Source: a bacterium (lineage in GTDB: Bacteria > Bacillota > Sulfobacillia > UBA995). From it: a stretch of 64,000 nucleotides of DNA. The position numbers and the translations under genes were made by a program. Under the pieces are notes generated by a model, which saw only the letters and a list, made by a program, of their open reading frames with translations, was not told the DNA's origin and did no database searches. Below, piece after piece: positions 1-9,478 of this stretch. The DNA lies in assembly GCA_031082145.1 (NCBI GenBank), contig JAVHLP010000008.1:8818-72817 (forward strand), in the 5' to 3' direction. Position 1 is the first letter of the stretch. Each line of letters begins with the position of its first letter.

Positions 1-1171
1 TTTCCTGGAGGGCAAGGCCGAGACTGATCGAGACGGCGTCGAGGTCCTGCTCAACATCGGACAAGGGCTGCTGGTGCTGGGAGAGCCGGAAGAAGCCCTG
101 GCCCACTTGAGGGACGCCATGAGACTCGCCCACGATCTGGGGGACAGCCGGCGAATGGCCGGGGTCAGGCACCAGATGGGACTGGTCTACGCCCGCGGCG
201 GGGACCGGCAGCGGGCCCGGGAAGAACTTGAGGCCGCCCGGGAGGCGTTCCGGCAGGCAGACGATCCCGCAGGCCTGGCGGCGGTTGACTTTCAGCTCGG
301 ACTACTCCACCAGCAGGGAGGCAACCTGAAGCGGGCGATCCAGGCCTACCAGCAGGCATTGGAGGCCCTGGAGCAGGTTGACGATCCGGTGCTGGCGATC
401 AAGGTGCGGGGCAATCTGGGAGCTGCCCACTTCGCTCTGGAGGAGTACGAGCAGGGTGCGACCCTCGTCTCTGAGGCCGCCGGTCTGGCGGAAGGGGTGG
501 CCGATCTGGCGTCGCTGGGACGGGATTGCCTCCGCCGGGCTTTGGCCCTGTGGACCGGTGGCGAACTGGAGCGCGCCTTACCGGAATCGCGCCGGGCCTC
601 GCAGATTCTCGAGGCTCTGGACCTCGCCCGGACGGGAGCCGCCCTGCAGGCCAACATGGGGATGGTGGCGGCCGAACAAGGACGCTGGCAGGAGGCGGGC
701 GGTCACTTTGCCCGCTCGCTGGACCTGAACCGGGGTATCGGTGACCGCTGGGGCGAGGCCCAGGCCCTGACCGAGCTGGCCCGGTACCACCAGCAACGAG
801 GCGAACCTGGGCTGGCGATGGAACAAGGTCAGAAGGCGCTGGCGATCGCCTCCGAACTGGAGTCTCGGGCCGATCAGGCCCGGGCCCACTTCGTCCTCGG
901 TGGCGTCTGCCGCCACAACGGGGCCGGCGCGGACGCTCTCACCCACCTTCTGGCCAGCGTCGAGGTTTACGCGAGTCTGGACCGGCCCCGGGAGTTGGCC
1001 AACTGCTACTACGAGCTGGGCGAGCTGCTGGTCGTGCAGGACCGGAAAGAGGAGGCGCTTGAGTACTTCCAGAAATCGGCGTCCCTCCTCCGCCAGAACG
1101 GCGGGCAACTGGCCGAATCCGGTCCGGGGGCCGGCCCCCGCCGGGGGACCACCCTGAACCTCGTCTCATAG
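1..1171 (+). CDS. TPR-repeat protein, 5' end outside window
   Basis: Frame 2 stays open to the window edge upstream of the listed M at 74. The product is made of repeated ~34-aa A/L/E/R-rich helical units (for example AIQAYQQALEALEQVDDPVLAIKVRGNLGAAHFALEEYEQG), typical of tetratricopeptide repeats. The stop at 1171 lies 9 nt before the next gene. Confidence 0.65.
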   Translation, partial: FLEGKAETDRDGVEVLLNIGQGLLVLGEPEEALAHLRDAMRLAHDLGDSRRMAGVRHQMGLVYARGGDRQRAREELEAAREAFRQADDPAGLAAVDFQLGLLHQQGGNLKRAIQAYQQALEALEQVDDPVLAIKVRGNLGAAHFALEEYEQGATLVSEAAGLAEGVADLASLGRDCLRRALALWTGGELERALPESRRASQILEALDLARTGAALQANMGMVAAEQGRWQEAGGHFARSLDLNRGIGDRWGEAQALTELARYHQQRGEPGLAMEQGQKALAIASELESRADQARAHFVLGGVCRHNGAGADALTHLLASVEVYASLDRPRELANCYYELGELLVVQDRKEEALEYFQKSASLLRQNGGQLAESGPGAGPRRGTTLNLVS

Positions 1172-1180
1172 CCTGGTAGC

Positions 1181-2464
1181 GTGGCCAGACGCTGGCGCCT
1201 CCCTTATGGCCCGGGGCAGGTGGAGTTCACGCTGCCACCAGGCGCTGAGGTTAGCCTGTTGGAGCCACCACGGCTTCCCAGGCTTCCCGAGCCGGCCGCG
1301 GCCGTGCGCCAGGCGCTCCAGAGGCCATTGGGTTCACCCCCCCTGGTTGAGATCGTGCGGCCGGGCGGCCGGGTCTGCATCGTCCTCAGTGACCGGACGC
1401 GGGTGACGGGCCACCAGGTATTCCTCCCCGTCCTGCTAGGAGAACTGACACGTGCCGGCTCGGCCGTGCCCGAGGTGATCTTCGCATCCGGCGCCCACCG
1501 GCCGATGCCCGCCCCCGAGATGAGAGCCGCGCTTGGCCGTGTAGCAGGCCGGGTTCGTTTTCAGGCTCACACCGCGACCGGGGCCTGCGAGTGGCTGGGG
1601 GACACCGCCCGGGGAACGCCGGTCCTCATCAACCGGCGGGCCCTGGAGGCCGATCACCTCATCCTGACCGGCAGCGTGGTACACCATTCCTTCGCGGGAT
1701 TCGGGGGGGGCCCCAAGGCGGTCTTTCCCGGCCTGGCAGCTGTGGCTTCTATCGAGGCCAACCACCGCCTGCTCCTGGAGCCAGGAGCCGCCGGCGGCGC
1801 TCTGGAAGGCAACCCGGTGCACGAGGACCTGGCCGAAGCGGCAGCCCTTGCCAGACCCAGCTTCCTGCTGAACACGGTTACGGACCCAGGGGGCAGGCTG
1901 GCCGGGGTCTTCGCCGGCGGGATGGTGGCGGCACACCGGGCAGCCTGCGTGATGGCCCGAACCCGAGAGATGCCGCTGGCCGGCCTGGCCGACCTGGTGG
2001 TGGCCAGCGCCGGTGGGCACCCCCGGGACATCGACTTCTACCAGAGCCAGAAGGCACTTGAGAACGCGGCGCGGGCCGTGCGACCGGGCGGGGTCGTGGT
2101 CCTGGTGGCGGCGTGCCGGGATGGCGTCGGTAGCGCTGCCTTTCGGCGCTGGGCCGGCGATCACCGGTCGCTCCCCGAACTCTCGGCCGCCCTGGCCCGC
2201 CGGTTCGAGTTGGGCGGCCACAAGGCATGGAGCCTGGCCCGGATCGCCTCGCAGGTGTCCGTGATCCTGCTATCCGGACTCGACCCGGCCGTCGTCCGCG
2301 AGTTCGGCCTGCGGCCGGCGGTCTCTCCCCGGGACGCGATCGATCAGGCCCGGGAACTCTCCGGTGATCGGCCCCTGACCTACCTGATGCGGGCTGCTGC
2401 CCTCACCGTCCCCGTGGTTCCGGATCCCGCGTGTGCGGGTGAGCCCGGTCTCGCTCCGCGCTGA
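1181..2464 (+). CDS. LarA-like (lactate racemase / DUF2088 family) nickel-pincer-type isomerase
   Basis: The N-terminus reads LPYGPGQVEFTLP. HSFAGFGGGPKAVFPGLAA matches the LarA HFFAGFSGGRKSVLPGIAS region including the conserved Lys, and VCIVLSDRTR..ASGAHRP matches the SDHTRP..ATGFHRP block. Length is 427 aa. Confidence 0.6.
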   Translation: MARRWRLPYGPGQVEFTLPPGAEVSLLEPPRLPRLPEPAAAVRQALQRPLGSPPLVEIVRPGGRVCIVLSDRTRVTGHQVFLPVLLGELTRAGSAVPEVIFASGAHRPMPAPEMRAALGRVAGRVRFQAHTATGACEWLGDTARGTPVLINRRALEADHLILTGSVVHHSFAGFGGGPKAVFPGLAAVASIEANHRLLLEPGAAGGALEGNPVHEDLAEAAALARPSFLLNTVTDPGGRLAGVFAGGMVAAHRAACVMARTREMPLAGLADLVVASAGGHPRDIDFYQSQKALENAARAVRPGGVVVLVAACRDGVGSAAFRRWAGDHRSLPELSAALARRFELGGHKAWSLARIASQVSVILLSGLDPAVVREFGLRPAVSPRDAIDQARELSGDRPLTYLMRAAALTVPVVPDPACAGEPGLAPR

Positions 2465-2816
2465 GGGGTGTGATCCCCTCGCCTCCGGCCGGATCCAGGA
2501 CCACCTCCGTCCCGTCATCCAGCACCAGCATGAGTTCCTTCCCGTCACTGTGCACCTCGCGGACGGCTTCCTCGCCCAAACCGAAGGTGTTGGCCGCACG
2601 GGTGGAAGACAGGATGAAGGTGGTCAGAGAGTCGGTCGCCCCGCCGGGCCCGCTCGTGATCCGGTCCACCTCCATGCTGAACCGTGCTTCGAGGTTACCG
2701 GCCATCCGGCCGCGCACCTGCACGGTGCCGTGTTCGCGCACGAAGTCTCTGACCTTCGCATAGGTCTCGCCCAAGGTCCTCACCTTCCCCGGGGAATAGT
2801 GTCCCCCGCGCGAGTT
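2403..2816 (-). CDS. hypothetical protein, 138 aa
   Basis: Only the distal part of the 2403..3290 ORF has protein-like composition (MNSRGGHYSPGKVRTLGETYAKVRDFVREHGTVQVRG...). Its ATG is divergent from, and 1 nt away from, the SDR gene. I recognise no family. Confidence 0.35.
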   Translation of the reverse strand, partial: NSRGGHYSPGKVRTLGETYAKVRDFVREHGTVQVRGRMAGNLEARFSMEVDRITSGPGGATDSLTTFILSSTRAANTFGLGEEAVREVHSDGKELMLVLDDGTEVVLDPAGGEGITPLSAERDRAHPHTRDPEPRGR

Positions 2817-2817
2817 C

Positions 2818-3618
2818 ATGCTTTGCAGAGGAGGGGGTTGGACCGTGGAGATCAACGACCGGCTGTTCCGGCTGGACGGCAAGGTAGCAGTGGTGACCGG
2901 CGGTAGCCGGGGCATCGGCAAGGCGATCTGCCTGGGGCTGGCGGCTTTCGGGGCCGATGTCGGCATCCTGGGCATCAGCCCGGAGACGACGGAAACGGTC
3001 CGGGCGATCGAAGAGCTCGGGCGCCGGAGCTTGTTCCTGAAGGTCGACGTGGCGGACGTGGAGCAGGTCAAGCAGGGGATGGCGGAGGCGGAGCGGATCT
3101 TGGGCGGTCCAGACATCCTGGTTAACAACGCCGGCGTGGGTGTGACCGATCCGGCGGAGGACGTCACCATGGATCTATGGCACCGGGTGCTGGGGGTCAA
3201 CCTCCGAGGGACTTTCTTCGCCAGCCAGGCTGCCGGTCGGAGCATGATCCGGCGCGGCCGGGGCGGCCGGATTATCAACATCACCAGCATTTTCGGGATC
3301 GTGGGCAGCGAACTGGGGGCCAGCGTCTACCATGCCTCGAAGGGAGCGGTGATCAACCTCACCCGGGCTCTGGCTTGCGAGTGGGCGAAGCACCGGATCC
3401 TCGTCAACAGCATCGGCCCCGGTTTCATCGTCACCGACATGACCGCACCCATCCACGAGCAGCCCAAACTGGAGGAACTCCTGGAGCGGCGGCACGCGCT
3501 GGGCCGCTTCGGCCGGCCGGAGGAGATCGTGGGCGCCGTCATCTTCCTGGCCTCCGACGCCTCCACCTTCGTGACCGGGGAGAACCTGTTCGTCGACGGC
3601 GGTTACACCGCCTGGTGA
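2818..3618 (+). CDS. short-chain dehydrogenase/reductase (SDR)
   Basis: It carries the classic Rossmann motif KVAVVTGGSRGIGKAI, an NNAG motif and the catalytic Y..K segment (YHASKGAV). Length is about 266 aa. The true start may be the GTG at 2844. Confidence 0.85.
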   Translation: MLCRGGGWTVEINDRLFRLDGKVAVVTGGSRGIGKAICLGLAAFGADVGILGISPETTETVRAIEELGRRSLFLKVDVADVEQVKQGMAEAERILGGPDILVNNAGVGVTDPAEDVTMDLWHRVLGVNLRGTFFASQAAGRSMIRRGRGGRIINITSIFGIVGSELGASVYHASKGAVINLTRALACEWAKHRILVNSIGPGFIVTDMTAPIHEQPKLEELLERRHALGRFGRPEEIVGAVIFLASDASTFVTGENLFVDGGYTAW

Positions 3619-3621
3619 CGG

Positions 3622-4428
3622 TCAGCGGCGCCTGCCCGTCTCCCGTCCCAGGAGTACCATCTGGTCATAACCGTCCTCGAGGACGATCGGACCCAGGCTG
3701 GCGAGTTCCCGGAACCCATGGCGGATAAAGAAGGCTGCCGGTCCGTTGGGGTGGGGGGCAGTCCGTCCAGCCACCACCTGCACCTCGCCGTAGCCGTGGC
3801 GATGAGCCTGCCGGAGAAAGGTCTCCATCACCTGTGGACGGTAGTCGAGACCGTTGCCGCGCGAGTAGACGCAGGTGATGAAGCCGAGGGACGGTTCTTT
3901 CCGGGGCAGCGGGTAGGGGACCAGCCCGGAGGGCAGGTGTTCCAGGGCCGCCACCGGCCGGCCACCGTCGAAGAGCAGGAGACCCAGGTCACCCCCCTTG
4001 ACCCGCAGGGCCATCGCTTCCGCCCACGCCTGCTTCAGGCGCTGGCCGTCGGGGGGGAAGCCGGCCGGCACGCAGACACTGCAGGCCTGGGCCACGGCCC
4101 GAGGTGTCAAGCGCCGCAGGCGATCGCCCTGAACGGCCCGGGACATGCGCTCCGGTAGTTGCACGCAGTGGGAGACGCCGTCGCGGGCCAGTTCAACCAG
4201 GCGCCTGGCGGTGGCCGGAGCGGGAAAGCGGAGGAGTCCGTTGATGACGGTGAGAAAAGGGAAGAACATGTTGTGACGCGCGGCCAGTTCAGGGCGTCCG
4301 GTGACGTCGACTGTCTCGAAGTCCGCACCCAGCAGGCCGGCCGCCTCGCGAGCCTGTTCCTTCATCCATGCCTGCCAGGGACACTGGGCCCCGAAGTGCA
4401 GGAACTGAACCCGCTTGACCTCAAGCAT
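3622..4428 (-). CDS. GNAT-type acetyltransferase-like protein with an N-terminal Cys-containing domain
   Basis: The C-terminal half ends ...HGYGEVQVVAGRTAPHPNGPAAFFIRHGFRE, which resembles a GNAT acetyl-CoA binding fold. The N-terminal FLHFGAQCPWQAW segment is reminiscent of YoaP-like domains. The call is weak. Confidence 0.4.
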   Translation of the reverse strand: MLEVKRVQFLHFGAQCPWQAWMKEQAREAAGLLGADFETVDVTGRPELAARHNMFFPFLTVINGLLRFPAPATARRLVELARDGVSHCVQLPERMSRAVQGDRLRRLTPRAVAQACSVCVPAGFPPDGQRLKQAWAEAMALRVKGGDLGLLLFDGGRPVAALEHLPSGLVPYPLPRKEPSLGFITCVYSRGNGLDYRPQVMETFLRQAHRHGYGEVQVVAGRTAPHPNGPAAFFIRHGFRELASLGPIVLEDGYDQMVLLGRETGRRR

Positions 4429-4508
4429 CTGGCCACCTCCCGGGGGCCCCTGCCGCTCAAGCCCTAAGACGAGCCTGTGCCCCGAGAAGTTCTGTTGCGA
4501 CCATCGGT

Positions 4509-5309
4509 TTACCGCGGATCCCGGCGGGGATGTTGGAATCCCCGGTGGTCAATGTAGAAGTCCTCCCTGCGCACGAGTTCGGAGATGGGGACAACGCGGT
4601 ACCCCCGGGTCTGGAGGGTCTCGATGATGGCCGGCAGGGCGACCGGGGTGTTCTCGGCGTTGTTGTGAAAGAGGATGATGGCGCCGGGGTGAGCCCGATC
4701 CAGCACCCGGGCCGCGATCTGCCGGGCGGTCACGTCTTTCCAGTCCAGGGAGTCCACGCTCCACTGGATGGTCAGGTAGCCCAGTTCCTCCGCCACCTCG
4801 ATGACCTTGTTCGAGTACTCGCCGAAGGGGGGCCGGAACAGGTAGGGCGCCTTGCCGGTGGCCTCCTCCAACTGGCGGTGAACGATCTCCAGTTCGCGTG
4901 CGATCTGCTCCCGGGACAGGGAGTTCAGGTGGGGATGACTGGCCGTGTGGTTGCCCACCTCATGGCCGGCATCCACTATCTGCCGCAAGACCTCCGGGTA
5001 ACGGTCGATCCAGAACCCAACCAGGAAGAACGTGGTCCTTACGTCGTACCTTGCCAGCACCTCGAGTATCTCCGGGGTGCGTTCGGAGCCCCAGGCGGCG
5101 TCGAAGGAGATGGCCAGCACCTGCTCGTCGGTGGCCACGGCGTAGATGGGCAGCCGGCGGTTCACCCCGGCACTGGCGGCGAGGGCGTGCTGCATTCCGG
5201 CCCGGGTGCCGGCGTCGGCGAGGGAGAAGGCGAGGGCGAGCAGGGCCAGCCCCGTCATGACCACCGACCGGCGGCGGAGAACCCGCACCAATGGGGTCAC
5301 CCCCACCAC
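4509..5309 (-). CDS. polysaccharide deacetylase (NodB homology, PdaA/PdaB-like), secreted
   Basis: A signal-peptide-like N-terminus precedes the NodB motifs FDAAWGSERTPEILEVLARYDVRTTFFLVGFWIDRYPEVLRQIVDAGHEVGNHTASHPHL. Confidence 0.85.
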   Translation of the reverse strand: MVGVTPLVRVLRRRSVVMTGLALLALAFSLADAGTRAGMQHALAASAGVNRRLPIYAVATDEQVLAISFDAAWGSERTPEILEVLARYDVRTTFFLVGFWIDRYPEVLRQIVDAGHEVGNHTASHPHLNSLSREQIARELEIVHRQLEEATGKAPYLFRPPFGEYSNKVIEVAEELGYLTIQWSVDSLDWKDVTARQIAARVLDRAHPGAIILFHNNAENTPVALPAIIETLQTRGYRVVPISELVRREDFYIDHRGFQHPRRDPR

Positions 5310-5342
5310 CGAGCCTACGGTGGCCGGGGACGAGTTAGAACC

Positions 5343-6680
5343 TCAGGCGCTGCGAGCCCGGATCGCCTTTCCGGCGTGGAGTTCCTCCACCTCCCGCTTG
5401 ACCTGGGCCAGCCGCTCGCCGTGCAGGGGGTATAGCCACAAGCAAGCATAGGCGATCCCCAGCGCGGCCAGTGGCACTGCCGTCAGCAGCAGCCGGAACA
5501 CGGCGATGGCGCTTCCCGGCTGGACGGCCAGACCGGCGTCATATCTTCCCAGGGTCAACAGCCCCGTCATGACCAGGGCCTGTAGCGATATGGCCAGGCG
5601 GATGAAAAAGCCGTTCACCCCGAAGTACATGCCCTCGCGGCGGGTCCCCGTGCGGAGTTCGTCCTCGTCGCAGACGTCGGCCAGCAAGATGTTGACCAGG
5701 ACGATCAACCCGGCCAGGCCGATCCCGATGAGGCCGGTGGTGACCACCCCGGCGAGGAAGGTGCGGATGAAGCCGAAGGGGAACAGGGCCAGCGAGAACA
5801 GGACCGTCGAAACCATCAGGGCCCACCGCGCACCCCGGCGGACGGCCACCGCCGCCCAACCGTAGACCATGGGCAGGGCGACGACGAAGGTAACCCCCAG
5901 CATCACCGTGGTATGGAGCTCGGTACCGCCCAGAACGTATTTCACGTAGAAGGGTACGGTGGCCGTCAGTATCACAAAGGTGAACTGGATGAAGGTGTTG
6001 GCCAGGACCAGGGTGAGAAAAGAACGATTGCGGAAAGTGTGCCCGAGCGCCTCCCGGAGTCCCAGCGGTTGATCCAGCGAGAACTCCCGGCGTTCGCGAC
6101 CTCCCCAGACCGCCACCGCCAGCGACAAGGCGGTCAGGATCCCGAACAGCGCCCCCAGCGCCCGCCAACCCCAAGCTCCGTAGATGATGGGCGGCAGGGC
6201 GATGCCCAGGATCAGGCCGACGATGGAGAAGGCTTCACGCCAGGCTGCGACCTCGGCCCGTTCGGGCAGGGTGGGGGCGATCTCCGGGAAGAGGGCCGTC
6301 CAGTTGAGGATCACCAGCGTGAACAGGGTGTCGAACAGGAAGATGCTCCCCAGACAGTAGGCAAACAGGAGCATCATCCGCTCCGGGCCCACCGGCGGCG
6401 ACCACACCAGGAAGAAGGAGACGGCCAGGGGCACTGCGCCCAACGCAATGTAAGGCGTCCGGCGGCCCCAGCGGGTACGGGTACGGTCGGAGATCTGCCC
6501 AAACAGGGGGTCGTTGACGGCATTCCATATCCCGTACAAGAAGAAGCCCAGGCCGAACAGAGTGGTGCTTAGCCTCATGACGTCCACGTAGAAGAACATC
6601 ACGTAGGTGCCGAAAGCCTGGTAGGAGAGGGCGGCTGCCAGCGAACCGGCACTGTAGGCGATCTTCTGTACCCGTTTCAC
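5343..6680 (-). CDS. MFS / glycoside-pentoside-hexuronide (MelB-like) cation symporter
   Basis: The product has 12 predicted TM helices and GPH-family motifs (YSAGSLAAALSYQAFGTYVMFFYVDVMRL...GQISDRTRTRWGRRTPY). I chose the GTG start at 6680, 8 nt after a GGAGGG RBS. The upstream extension to 6863 is low-complexity and looks non-coding. Confidence 0.8.
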   Translation of the reverse strand: MKRVQKIAYSAGSLAAALSYQAFGTYVMFFYVDVMRLSTTLFGLGFFLYGIWNAVNDPLFGQISDRTRTRWGRRTPYIALGAVPLAVSFFLVWSPPVGPERMMLLFAYCLGSIFLFDTLFTLVILNWTALFPEIAPTLPERAEVAAWREAFSIVGLILGIALPPIIYGAWGWRALGALFGILTALSLAVAVWGGRERREFSLDQPLGLREALGHTFRNRSFLTLVLANTFIQFTFVILTATVPFYVKYVLGGTELHTTVMLGVTFVVALPMVYGWAAVAVRRGARWALMVSTVLFSLALFPFGFIRTFLAGVVTTGLIGIGLAGLIVLVNILLADVCDEDELRTGTRREGMYFGVNGFFIRLAISLQALVMTGLLTLGRYDAGLAVQPGSAIAVFRLLLTAVPLAALGIAYACLWLYPLHGERLAQVKREVEELHAGKAIRARSA

Positions 6681-6790
6681 TCCAATCCCTCCTCGGTGGG
6701 GCCCCTTTCGGCCCCCGCAGTTGCCATTCCTGCCATGGCAGGGTTTTGCCGGGGGCCGGGGAAAACTTGGCTCGAGGAGGGATCTCCCCC

Positions 6791-7324
6791 ATGGAACGCG
6801 AGACCTACCCCCTGGCGGCTGCCATCGCCAACCGCCGCAGCGTCCGGCAGTTCGAGTCCACACCGGTGCCTGACGAGCACCTCCGTATCCTGCTGGAAGC
6901 AGCCATCTCTGCCCCCAGCGCCGGCAATCGCCAGCCCTGGCGCTTCATCGTGGTCAGGAACCCGGGGCTGCGGCTTCAGCTGGCCCAGGCCGCCGGCGGC
7001 CAGAGCTCAGTGGCCACCGCTCCGGTGGCGATCGTGGTATTGGCCGATCTCGCGAGGACCGAGAGCCGCTACGGCCAGCGGGGCACCGAGCTCTACGCCC
7101 TCCAGGACACGGCCGCCGCCATCGAGAACCTGCTGCTCACAGCTGTGTCCCTGGGCTACGCCACCTGCTGGGTGGGTGCGTTCGACGAAGGCCAGGCGGC
7201 CCGGTCCCTGGAACTGCCGCCGGGACTGCGCCCGGTCGCCATCGTGCCGGTCGGAGTGCCCGCCGGCCAGCCTCGTTCCCCCGATCGGCGACCACTGGCG
7301 GAAGTCGTGGATTACCGCGACTAA
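6791..7324 (+). CDS. nitroreductase family protein
   Basis: A GGAGGG RBS precedes the ATG at 6791. The product has the nitroreductase FMN-binding motifs RRSVRQFESTPV..APSAGNRQPWRFIVV. Confidence 0.8.
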   Translation: MERETYPLAAAIANRRSVRQFESTPVPDEHLRILLEAAISAPSAGNRQPWRFIVVRNPGLRLQLAQAAGGQSSVATAPVAIVVLADLARTESRYGQRGTELYALQDTAAAIENLLLTAVSLGYATCWVGAFDEGQAARSLELPPGLRPVAIVPVGVPAGQPRSPDRRPLAEVVDYRD

Positions 7325-7932
7325 CTGCGGCGTATTCGCCGGCCCAGGGACAGCAGACCGGTCTGGCGGAGGCGCCGGGTGAGCCCGGGCCCGCCCCGCG
7401 CGGGGTAGGTTTCCGCGAAGACCACTTCGTCCAGATCCAGTCGGGGCGGGGGCGCGGGCCGCTCAGCGGGATAACCCAGAGTCACCAGCCCCACGACCGC
7501 CAACCGTTCGGGTATCGCCAGGACTTGCCGGACTCCCCGGGGATCGAAGGCCCCGATCCAGCAGGTCCCTAACCCGAGGGCATGGGCGGCTAGCATCAGG
7601 TTCTGCCCCGCCATAGCGCAATCTACGAGGTGCCACCGGTTCGCCGCCGGGTTGCCCAGGATGACCACCACCACCGGTGCTTGCGCCACGTGCCGCCAGC
7701 GGATGAAGTGCCAGCGGGCATGCCGGCCGAGGGCGCGGCGTAGATCCGGCCGGGTGACCACCAGGAACTGCCATGGCTGGTTGTTGGCGGCACTCGGAGC
7801 CCACCTGGCGGCGTCCAGCGCCTCGCGGAGGATCGCCTGGGGAACGGCCTGATCCTGGTAGCACCTGACGCTGCGCCGCTCCCGGATCGCCCCGAGGACG
7901 GTGGCCTGCTTTTCTGTCAGCTGCTCGGTCAT
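7321..7932 (-). CDS. nitroreductase family protein (paralog, convergent)
   Basis: RRSVRCYQDQAV..APSAANNQPWQFLVV. The start is at MTEQLTEKQ. Its 3' end overlaps the previous gene by 4 nt. Confidence 0.8.
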   Translation of the reverse strand: MTEQLTEKQATVLGAIRERRSVRCYQDQAVPQAILREALDAARWAPSAANNQPWQFLVVTRPDLRRALGRHARWHFIRWRHVAQAPVVVVILGNPAANRWHLVDCAMAGQNLMLAAHALGLGTCWIGAFDPRGVRQVLAIPERLAVVGLVTLGYPAERPAPPPRLDLDEVVFAETYPARGGPGLTRRLRQTGLLSLGRRIRRS

Positions 7933-8046
7933 CTCCTGCTCCCTTCCCGGCACCACCGGGCCTGTTGCCTATGGCTCTTGCCCGTCATCTCACTGTGTGT
8001 CCTTGGAGTGATGATACCACGTGCCAGGCCACCTGGTAACCATCCG

Positions 8047-8102
8047 GGACAATTGTCCTGCTAGAGAGGCGCGCCCGCTGTGTCCAACATAATGTGTGGA
8101 CA
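8047..8102. promoter_or_regulatory. two palindromic candidate operator sites upstream of the ATP-grasp operon
   Basis: A perfect 12-bp palindrome GGACAATTGTCC lies at 8047-8058. An inverted repeat TGTCCA-N10-TGGACA lies at 8081-8102 and shares the GGACA/TGTCC half-site. Both sit in the 175-nt divergent intergenic region. Confidence 0.3.
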
Positions 8103-8131
8103 GAATCCTTCCCCGGCGGGGGTGCCCTCAG

Positions 8132-9478
8132 GTGATCTTCGAGTTCGAGCCGGCGCCCGGCGCAAGTGAGATCTGCCTGCCCTCTACGGTGGGGGTGTCC
8201 CCCGGCAAAACGCTGATCTTGAGGCTGGGCACGGCGCGGGTGACGGCTCGAACCACCGCCGGGCCGGCCACCGGCGCTGCCATGGGGACTGGAGCCGCCC
8301 GCCGGTTGGGGCTATCCCTTCCCGCCCGCCTCCGTGCTCGCTGGCACCCGGACCGGCGTACATTGCGGATCGGGCCGGTAGTCGGCATCCTAGTGCGCAA
8401 GGCCCGGAGCCAGTACGGGCCTTTCGGCCCTCAGGCCGGTTTCATCCGGGAACTAATGGACGCCGCCGGCCAGCTGGGAGTCTTCCTGTACGCTTTCGGT
8501 CCGGGTGACGTCAGCTGGGGCCGCCGTCGGGTCAGAGGTTACCGTTATCGCGGCCAAGGCGTCTGGACGCGCGGCCTGTACCCTTACCCGGACGTCCTGT
8601 GGGACCGTGGCTTTTTCCGGGGAGCCGCCCAGCGCCGCTACTGGGGGACCCGCATGGGCCTGGCCCGGGCCCACCGCCGTATGAGGTTTATCAACGCCAT
8701 CTACGGTAACAAGTGGCGCGTCCATCGCGTCCTGCTCCGCAGCCCCGAGGTGCGGCCCCACCTCCCCGAAACGCGACGGGCCAGCAGCGGGCGAGTCGTC
8801 GCCGCCATGGCTCGCCGCCACGGCACAGTCTACCTGAAACCGGCCGGCGGTCTGAAGGGCCGCGGGATCATGCGCCTGGAACGCGTGGGGCAGGGCCGTT
8901 TCCGGCTGCGGGCCGGCACCCGCTCGCGCGGCGGGAGTCTATCCCGCCTGGCCGCCATCGCCCGTCGCCGCGGCTACCTGGTCCAACAGGGCATCGACCT
9001 CGCGCGGCCTTTCGGCCCAATCGGCGATCTTCGCCTGGTGGTCCAAAAGGATGGCGCCGGCAACTGGAGCGTGACCGGGGGGGCAATGCGAGTGGCGGCC
9101 ACCGGTCACATTACCTCCAATATCCACCGCGGTGGCCATGCCGAACCGCTGGACGCCGCCGTCCGGGCGGTGGTGGGTGAAGGAGGCTACGCCGCCACCG
9201 CCGACCTCATCTCCCGGGTGGCCACCGGAGTTGCCCGGGCGGTGGAACGGGCCAGCGGACCATCGGGTGAGATGGGGGTCGACCTGGCCCTGGACCGCGA
9301 AGGCCGGGTGTGGTTCCTCGAGACCAATTCCAAGCTGGCTAGGAGCATCTTCCTGCAGCTAGGAGAGACCGAGACCCGCCGCCGGTCGATCGAACGCCCC
9401 TTGCTGTGGGCGGCCCGACGCAGCGGGTTCGCCGTACCCGAGGACGAACGGGAGGCGAGCTTCAGATGGCCCGGTTGA
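8132..9478 (+). CDS. YheC/YheD-family ATP-grasp protein
   Basis: ATP-grasp motifs VYLKPAGGLKGRGI, QQGIDL and the HITSNIHRGG block are present, together with the VWFLETNSKLA motif typical of YheC/YheD (the E-x-N of ATP-grasp enzymes). A GTG start at 8132 after a G-rich RBS is more likely than the listed 8096. Confidence 0.7.
   Translation: MIFEFEPAPGASEICLPSTVGVSPGKTLILRLGTARVTARTTAGPATGAAMGTGAARRLGLSLPARLRARWHPDRRTLRIGPVVGILVRKARSQYGPFGPQAGFIRELMDAAGQLGVFLYAFGPGDVSWGRRRVRGYRYRGQGVWTRGLYPYPDVLWDRGFFRGAAQRRYWGTRMGLARAHRRMRFINAIYGNKWRVHRVLLRSPEVRPHLPETRRASSGRVVAAMARRHGTVYLKPAGGLKGRGIMRLERVGQGRFRLRAGTRSRGGSLSRLAAIARRRGYLVQQGIDLARPFGPIGDLRLVVQKDGAGNWSVTGGAMRVAATGHITSNIHRGGHAEPLDAAVRAVVGEGGYAATADLISRVATGVARAVERASGPSGEMGVDLALDREGRVWFLETNSKLARSIFLQLGETETRRRSIERPLLWAARRSGFAVPEDEREASFRWPG

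Noticed and set aside
2817-3290. Upstream two-thirds of the 2403..3290 minus-strand ORF
   Set aside because: It runs antisense to the SDR gene and is low-complexity. Only the distal 138 aa (2403..2816) look protein-like.
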